DNA of 63,880 nt, the filler included, from an uncultured Methanosarcinales archaeon (GTDB taxonomy: Archaea; Nanobdellota; Nanobdellia; Woesearchaeales; CAZKBD01), in assembly GCA_964550945.1 (NCBI GenBank). It is 11 parts of 11 records of this genome, joined end to end, with 100 filler letters (N's around TTAATTAATTAA, not from the genome) between each part and the next. Parts side by side here need not be neighbours in the genome. Positions count along the whole stretch, not along the records: positions 55,230 to 60,873 come from CAZKBD010000105.1; positions 60,974 to 63,880 come from CAZKBD010000140.1; 9 more parts are not named here. The stretch is one strand, 5' to 3'. The notes under the pieces were generated by a model. It ran no database searches, was not told the origin of the DNA, and saw only the letters and a program-made list of their open reading frames with translations. A program made the position numbers and the translations under genes. This document shows positions 58,902 through 63,880 of the stretch, piece by piece. How positions within the stretch are numbered: position 1 is the stretch's first letter; the number at the start of each line of letters is the position of its first letter.

Positions 58902-60779
58902 TCAGCACCAGCTATATGTGTTATCTTTTCTGCAGCTCTCAGTTTTTATCAATTCAAACTCTGCCTTTAGATCTTCAACTTCTGTCTTCAAGTCCTGGAT
59001 AAATAAAATACTGGCAGCAGCAACATCATCATAATCCACTGAAGGATATGCCGTTTCATCTATTATTGCCTGCCTGGTTGAATTAACCTCAATGTAATTG
59101 CCTTCTTCATCCATTATCATGCTTGTCTCATTAACTTCGCCATATATAGGAACCTTGATATCATAGACAACCTTAGGCAATAATGGCTGCACATCTTCTG
59201 CAATTAATCCAATCCTTTCTTTGCTGTCACCCTTAAAATTATAGATAACAGGGTTTAGCTTTAAATAATTTTCCCAAAGAGCAGCATCAATTGTGATATT
59301 CTGTATATTTTCCTTAAACGCCTTTGAAGATGAGCAGCTTGACAATACTCCACCATTTATGCATAAGTCAGTTGCAGATGCAGCTGCTAAACTTGTTACA
59401 TTTATCTGTCCGACAACTGTAAGAGCTTGTGCTGGTGATGTAGTTCCAATGCCTACATTGCCTCCCATTATTGCCATAGCATTTGGCTGATTAATCACAT
59501 ATTCAGTGGAGCTTAATCCAATGCCCAATGAATATGTGGCATTTGCTATTATCCTAGTTCCTATTGCTGTTGAGTAATTTCCTGTCGCTTTTGTAATGTA
59601 TCCCATGGCTGTTGACCCATATCCTGACGCCCTTGTGTCATATCCCATGGCTGTTGCAAAGGTTCCTGATGCGTTTGTGTAACCCCCAATTGCTGTTGAT
59701 GCATCTCCTGCTGCTTTAGTCTCCAATCCTGCTGCTGTGGACCACTTTCCTGATGCTATTGTATTATATCCGCCCATTGCTGTTGAGTAGTTTCCTGATG
59801 CAGTTGAGTAGTATCCCATTGCTGTTGATGCTTGTCCTGTTGCATCTGTGCTATATCCAATTGCTGTTGAATACGCTCCTGATGATTTTGTGTAGTATCC
59901 TACAGCTGTTGAGAATTGCCCTGATGCATTTGAGTAGTATCCCATTGCTGTTGAGTCGATTCCTGATGCAGTTGTGTGGCTTCCCGTTGCTATTGCATTA
60001 TTTCCTGTTGCGCTATTTGAAGAATCTCCAATAGTTGCTGCTCCACCGCTTGTAACCTCAACATCTAGTGTTGCTCCTGGCGCTATTGTTCCTATGCCTA
60101 CACTTCCGTTTTCATTAATCACCATAGGGGTTGATTCTGCGCCAGCGCCATTCCTGTTTAAAAACTCTATTGTGCTGCCATATAATCCAGAGGTGTTTGA
60201 ATCTAAATGCCATCTTAGCCTTCCAACAATTTGAAAATCAGAGCCATTGTAGGCTGCTGCTGAGAATGTTCCTGCTGTATCACCAAGAACTAATGCTGTT
60301 GGCGCTGCTTCTGTCCCTCTTGCGCTTCTGGCATAAATAAATGCGCCATTTCCAGATGTTGGCCTGTAGCCAGTTGCATACATAGAAACTGCTGAACCGT
60401 CTTGAACGACTTCAAAGGCTGTAGATGGAGATAATGTGTGTATTCCTACCCTGTTTGTTGCAGCATCTACATAAAGAGTATTTGAATCAACTGCCATGCT
60501 GTTTGATACATTAAGGCTGTTTAACTTAGCGTTTGTGTTGTTCGCTATTTTAGTTCCGTCTGTTGTTGTTATTCCTGTCAAAGCACTGCCATCTCCGTAA
60601 AACTTGGTTGAGTTTACATCCCCATCAACAACTAAATCACCTGTTTTTGCTGTAATATTCTCTGCCATGGCTAGAGCTATCGCTAGGTTAAATGCTAAGA
60701 TTACTGAGAAAAGAAGCTTGAATAGTGATTGGTTATGGAAAATGCTTTTATTTTCCATATTTGATTTGTTTTTTTCCAT
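58902..60779 (-). CDS. Secreted adhesin-like protein: YadA-head-like 14-aa repeats plus Peptidase S74-like chaperone domain
   Basis: About 11 ASGxxSTAMGYxTx repeats; VGIGTxxP linkers; SSSKAFKENI..LNPVIY..IGLIAEDV..VDY then coiled coil. Confidence 0.85.
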   Translation of the reverse strand: MEKNKSNMENKSIFHNQSLFKLLFSVILAFNLAIALAMAENITAKTGDLVVDGDVNSTKFYGDGSALTGITTTDGTKIANNTNAKLNSLNVSNSMAVDSNTLYVDAATNRVGIHTLSPSTAFEVVQDGSAVSMYATGYRPTSGNGAFIYARSARGTEAAPTALVLGDTAGTFSAAAYNGSDFQIVGRLRWHLDSNTSGLYGSTIEFLNRNGAGAESTPMVINENGSVGIGTIAPGATLDVEVTSGGAATIGDSSNSATGNNAIATGSHTTASGIDSTAMGYYSNASGQFSTAVGYYTKSSGAYSTAIGYSTDATGQASTAMGYYSTASGNYSTAMGGYNTIASGKWSTAAGLETKAAGDASTAIGGYTNASGTFATAMGYDTRASGYGSTAMGYITKATGNYSTAIGTRIIANATYSLGIGLSSTEYVINQPNAMAIMGGNVGIGTTSPAQALTVVGQINVTSLAAASATDLCINGGVLSSCSSSKAFKENIQNITIDAALWENYLKLNPVIYNFKGDSKERIGLIAEDVQPLLPKVVYDIKVPIYGEVNETSMIMDEEGNYIEVNSTRQAIIDETAYPSVDYDDVAAASILFIQDLKTEVEDLKAEFELIKTESCRKDNTYSWC

Positions 60780-60873
60780 TTTTACACCTCACGCAGCGAA
60801 AATCCTCTGGATTTTCTGGCGTAAAAAACTAAAAAGTTTTTTACGGATTTCCATTTTCTATTAAACTCCCAGT

Positions 60874-60973
60874 NNNNNNNNNNNNNNNNNNNNNNNNNNN
60901 NNNNNNNNNNNNNNNNNTTAATTAATTAANNNNNNNNNNNNNNNNNNNNNNNNNNNNNNNNNNNNNNNNNNNN
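60874..60973. other. Artificial contig linker
   Basis: N-run + TTAATTAATTAA + N-run. Confidence 0.99.
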
Positions 60974-61109
60974 AGTTTCATATACGAAAGAAACTCACCG
61001 TAGGGAAATAGTTTTGGGATAACACAAATTCAAGTTTTGTCAAAAAATTTATAAAACATTCAGTATTTCTGAATCTATTTTAGAGTAGTTACCTTAGGAG
61101 GAAATAAAA

Positions 61110-62255
61110 ATGATTGTTGGTGTTCCAAAAGAAACCAAAACTGATGAGAACAGAGTTGCATTAACCCCTCCAGGAGTTGAGCAGCTGGTTAAAGCAGGCC
61201 ACCAAGTTTTAGTGCAAAAAGGAGCAGGGATTGGCTCTGGTTTTAGCGATAAAGAATATGAAACTAAAGGGGCAAAAATAGTAACCTCTCCTGATGAAGC
61301 ATTTCAATCTGGATTGGTCTTAAAAGTAAAGGAACCTCAAGAGCAAGAATTGGATTTGTTAAATCCTGATGGGATTCTATTAACCTATCTTCATCTGCCT
61401 GCTAATAAGCCTTTAACAGAAAGGCTCATGCAATCTGGAATTATTGCTGTTGCATATGAAACAGTCCAATTAGCTAATGGTATCCTTCCTTTATTGGCTC
61501 CAATGAGCCAGGTTGCAGGCACAATGGCTCCTGCAATTGCTGAGAGCTATTCTCCCAAGTTAGCAGGAGGAATACCTACTGTTGATCCAGCCACCTATCT
61601 AATCTTAGGAGGTGGAGTTGCTGGAGAGTTTGCTCTCATAAGGTCCCTTCAGCTTGGGGCTCAGGTTGTGATTGCAGAAACTAACCCATCAAGGCGCCAA
61701 TATCTAAGGGTGCGCTATCAAGATGCAGAAGTAATCAACCCGAAGGTGTCATTGATACAGTTTTATATCCCCACAGCTGACGCCGTAATCGGCACTGTGA
61801 ATCTTCCAGGTGGAAGAACACCTAACCTACTATCTTATAACAATATCGCACTAATGAAGCCAGGCGCAGTTCTCGTTGATGTTTCTATTGATAATGGGGG
61901 CTGCACTGATGTTAGCCAGCCAACAACACACACTGATCCAGTAAGGTACATAAGCCTAGAAAACCCTCATTGGTCAACAAACACTCTTTACAATGCCAGG
62001 CTATCATACGGCGCTAATTTTGTAATAGGCTATTTTGTTGCAAATATGCCGGGAATACATCCTAATACTTCAACAGTTGCTCTTACTAATGCTACGTTGC
62101 CTTATGTTCTAAAATTGGCAAATAATGGAGTAGGTGCTTTTAGGGAAGATCCTTATTTAGCAAGAGGAGTTAATGTTTATCATGGGGTTGTAACATGCCG
62201 GCCACTGGCAGAAGTGCATAATCTGCAATTTAGGCCATTAGTGGAATTATTATGA
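61110..62255 (+). CDS. ald: Alanine dehydrogenase (bacterial type)
   Basis: GVPKE..ENRVALTP, LKVKEP, YLHL, LLAPMSQVAG, GGGVAG, DVSIDNGGC, VANMPG. Confidence 0.93.
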   Translation: MIVGVPKETKTDENRVALTPPGVEQLVKAGHQVLVQKGAGIGSGFSDKEYETKGAKIVTSPDEAFQSGLVLKVKEPQEQELDLLNPDGILLTYLHLPANKPLTERLMQSGIIAVAYETVQLANGILPLLAPMSQVAGTMAPAIAESYSPKLAGGIPTVDPATYLILGGGVAGEFALIRSLQLGAQVVIAETNPSRRQYLRVRYQDAEVINPKVSLIQFYIPTADAVIGTVNLPGGRTPNLLSYNNIALMKPGAVLVDVSIDNGGCTDVSQPTTHTDPVRYISLENPHWSTNTLYNARLSYGANFVIGYFVANMPGIHPNTSTVALTNATLPYVLKLANNGVGAFREDPYLARGVNVYHGVVTCRPLAEVHNLQFRPLVELL

Positions 62256-62277
62256 TTTACGCTTTTAGGGAGTCATT

Positions 62278-63486
62278 ATGGCTGTAACATTCGAAGCAAA
62301 AACCCAGGATATAGAACTTAGGCCAGATCAAAGTCCAGAACTTCTTTGTAGAGACTCTAGATTAGTTCATTTATTGCAGTATGATACAGGAGAATTAGCA
62401 CAATTGGCAACAATTGCCCGTATAGGTGGCGGGATTGAGCAATTGGCTTTGAAATTTACTAATAAAGAAGGTGTGGATGAACTTGTTGATGTTATGTTTG
62501 GCCATAATGATTTAGTTAGAGAAGCCAAAGGCTTGCCAAGGCAACAATTTGTTAATCCATTTGATCTTAGTGATGCAGATATTGTCAATGCAAATGGCCT
62601 TCGGCAGCAACTTCCAGCAAGAGTCGGAGCTGCTTTCTGTGAACCTTTCAACAGGGTTGACCATGGAGTAGGCCAGGTATATGATAAACGTACAAATACT
62701 TGGCGCCCAATATACTTTGGTAAAAATGATACTAATGAATTTTTCATACACGGCTACTTAAGATTCCTAACACATTGGTTGATGGATAAACAATCATTGG
62801 ATGATCATGCTTATGCTACAATGCGAACTCTTATTGGAATAGCTATAAATGAATTCCCTCAAGGCGCATACGTAGATAACAAATTCGTCCTGTCTGATAG
62901 CAGTTTTGTAGAAAAAAGAGAGATTGTTAACCTAGCTGGCCAGCCAATTCCATCAGCACCAGGAAGGCATTGGTCTTGGCTTCTTGGTAATGCAAGATTG
63001 GAAGATCTTATGCTCCTAACAACCACAGACAAAGTCTATGCTACTGATTGCCGCAATGTTCCAACAGGAAAAATCGTAAATGATAGAACGTATGTGCCGG
63101 TTGATAAAAGATTTGAAGGAGAATTTAGAGTAGCTGGAATTGAAGAAACGTTCAGATACGCTATTAGATTAGATGGATACAAAATTGATGTAACCTATCA
63201 TTATGATGGCAGGCCAGCAGCAATATTGCTTGATACAAAAACGCGAAGAGCTTTGTTAATTAGCGTGCATGATGATGAGACTCCGGGAATGGCAACATGG
63301 AATGATGGAGATGAACAGAGGTTTGTTTTGGTAGCTCCCATCAAACATGCCCATTCTATTTATGCCGGGCAACTAAGTGGCCCTTTTAGAAATAGGGTTT
63401 TGCTGCCAGGTGAAAAAATGTATACTCATCATGAGTTTACAGCATTCAGATATGAAGGACTGATTTTTGATACCCTAAGAAAATAG
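62278..63486 (+). CDS. Galactose mutarotase/aldose 1-epimerase-like protein (divergent)
   Basis: GAAFCEPFNRV, FIHG, PGRHWSW, VLLPGE motifs. Confidence 0.6.
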   Translation: MAVTFEAKTQDIELRPDQSPELLCRDSRLVHLLQYDTGELAQLATIARIGGGIEQLALKFTNKEGVDELVDVMFGHNDLVREAKGLPRQQFVNPFDLSDADIVNANGLRQQLPARVGAAFCEPFNRVDHGVGQVYDKRTNTWRPIYFGKNDTNEFFIHGYLRFLTHWLMDKQSLDDHAYATMRTLIGIAINEFPQGAYVDNKFVLSDSSFVEKREIVNLAGQPIPSAPGRHWSWLLGNARLEDLMLLTTTDKVYATDCRNVPTGKIVNDRTYVPVDKRFEGEFRVAGIEETFRYAIRLDGYKIDVTYHYDGRPAAILLDTKTRRALLISVHDDETPGMATWNDGDEQRFVLVAPIKHAHSIYAGQLSGPFRNRVLLPGEKMYTHHEFTAFRYEGLIFDTLRK

Positions 63487-63601
63487 ACTTAGGCAGATAA
63501 CCTTCTTAAAAGAGTTCAGACAATTTAAGAGCGAATGAAACATAGCATTTATTTTCTATAAACGAAATCTTTTTAAATAAGCTGCAGTTCTTATAAGTTA
63601 T

Positions 63602-63880
63602 ATGAAAATACCCAAGCTGATTAAGAGATATTGCCCTTATTGTAAAAAGCATACAGAGCATACGGTTAGCCAGACAAAGAAAGGGAAACCTAGCTCTCTT
63701 ACTTATGGCTCAAAAGTCAGAGCTCGAAGAAGAGGAAAAGCAAGAGGCCATGGCAACATGGGAAGATACTCAAAGCCAGCTATTTCTAAGTTTAAGATGA
63801 CTGGCAAGAAAGCAACCAAGAAGACAGATTTAAGGTACCAGTGCAAATTATGCAAAAAAACCCACGTCCAGAGAAAAGGC
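63602..63880 (+). CDS. rpl44e: Ribosomal protein eL42 (L44e), truncated by window end
   Basis: MKIPKLIKRYCPYCKKHTEH..KATKKTDLRYQCKLCKK. Confidence 0.95.
   Translation, partial: MKIPKLIKRYCPYCKKHTEHTVSQTKKGKPSSLTYGSKVRARRRGKARGHGNMGRYSKPAISKFKMTGKKATKKTDLRYQCKLCKKTHVQRKG

Noticed and set aside
6825..60973. Regularly recurring TTAATTAATTAA within N-runs
   Set aside because: Artificial all-frame-stop linker between length-sorted contigs; not biological, and ORFs running into X residues are truncations
60974..60995. Hairpin sharing TACGAAAGAA with the tRNA intron
   Set aside because: A 10-nt match at a contig edge is too short to support a relationship
246..62751. Numerous short antisense or nested ORFs in the track
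   Set aside because: They are shadows of well-supported genes and show no motifs or initiation signals

Overview
This window is not one locus. It holds 11 short contigs joined by artificial 100-nt linkers (N-run + TTAATTAATTAA + N-run), and the nine complete contigs run in decreasing length (6267 to 5644 bp), so adjacency across a linker means nothing. Gene content (archaeal CCA-adding enzyme, proteasome beta, aCPSF1, type II MetAP, archaeal ProRS, eL42, intron-containing initiator tRNA-Met, class III signal-peptide proteins) indicates an archaeon; a DPANN/Woesearchaeota-like MAG or SAG is my inference. The most notable items are: (1) an operon of three radical SAM enzymes beside a RelE-type TA pair, bracketed by inverted multi-block repeats, one of which abuts a Xer dif-like site, suggesting a Xer-mobilised gene cassette; (2) an rnfCDGEAB operon, unusual for this kind of archaeon; (3) a palindromic repeat family with one 108-bp copy inserted in frame in the RelE toxin; (4) a 99-bp sequence shared by two contigs, each time fused to a housekeeping gene and followed by secreted-protein and subtilase genes; (5) repeated apparent ATT start codons; (6) many surface proteins, including a 1402-aa protein with a kinase-like tip, a YadA-repeat/S74 adhesin and tandem filament-like paralogs. 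All calls come from reading motifs by eye; no searches were run.
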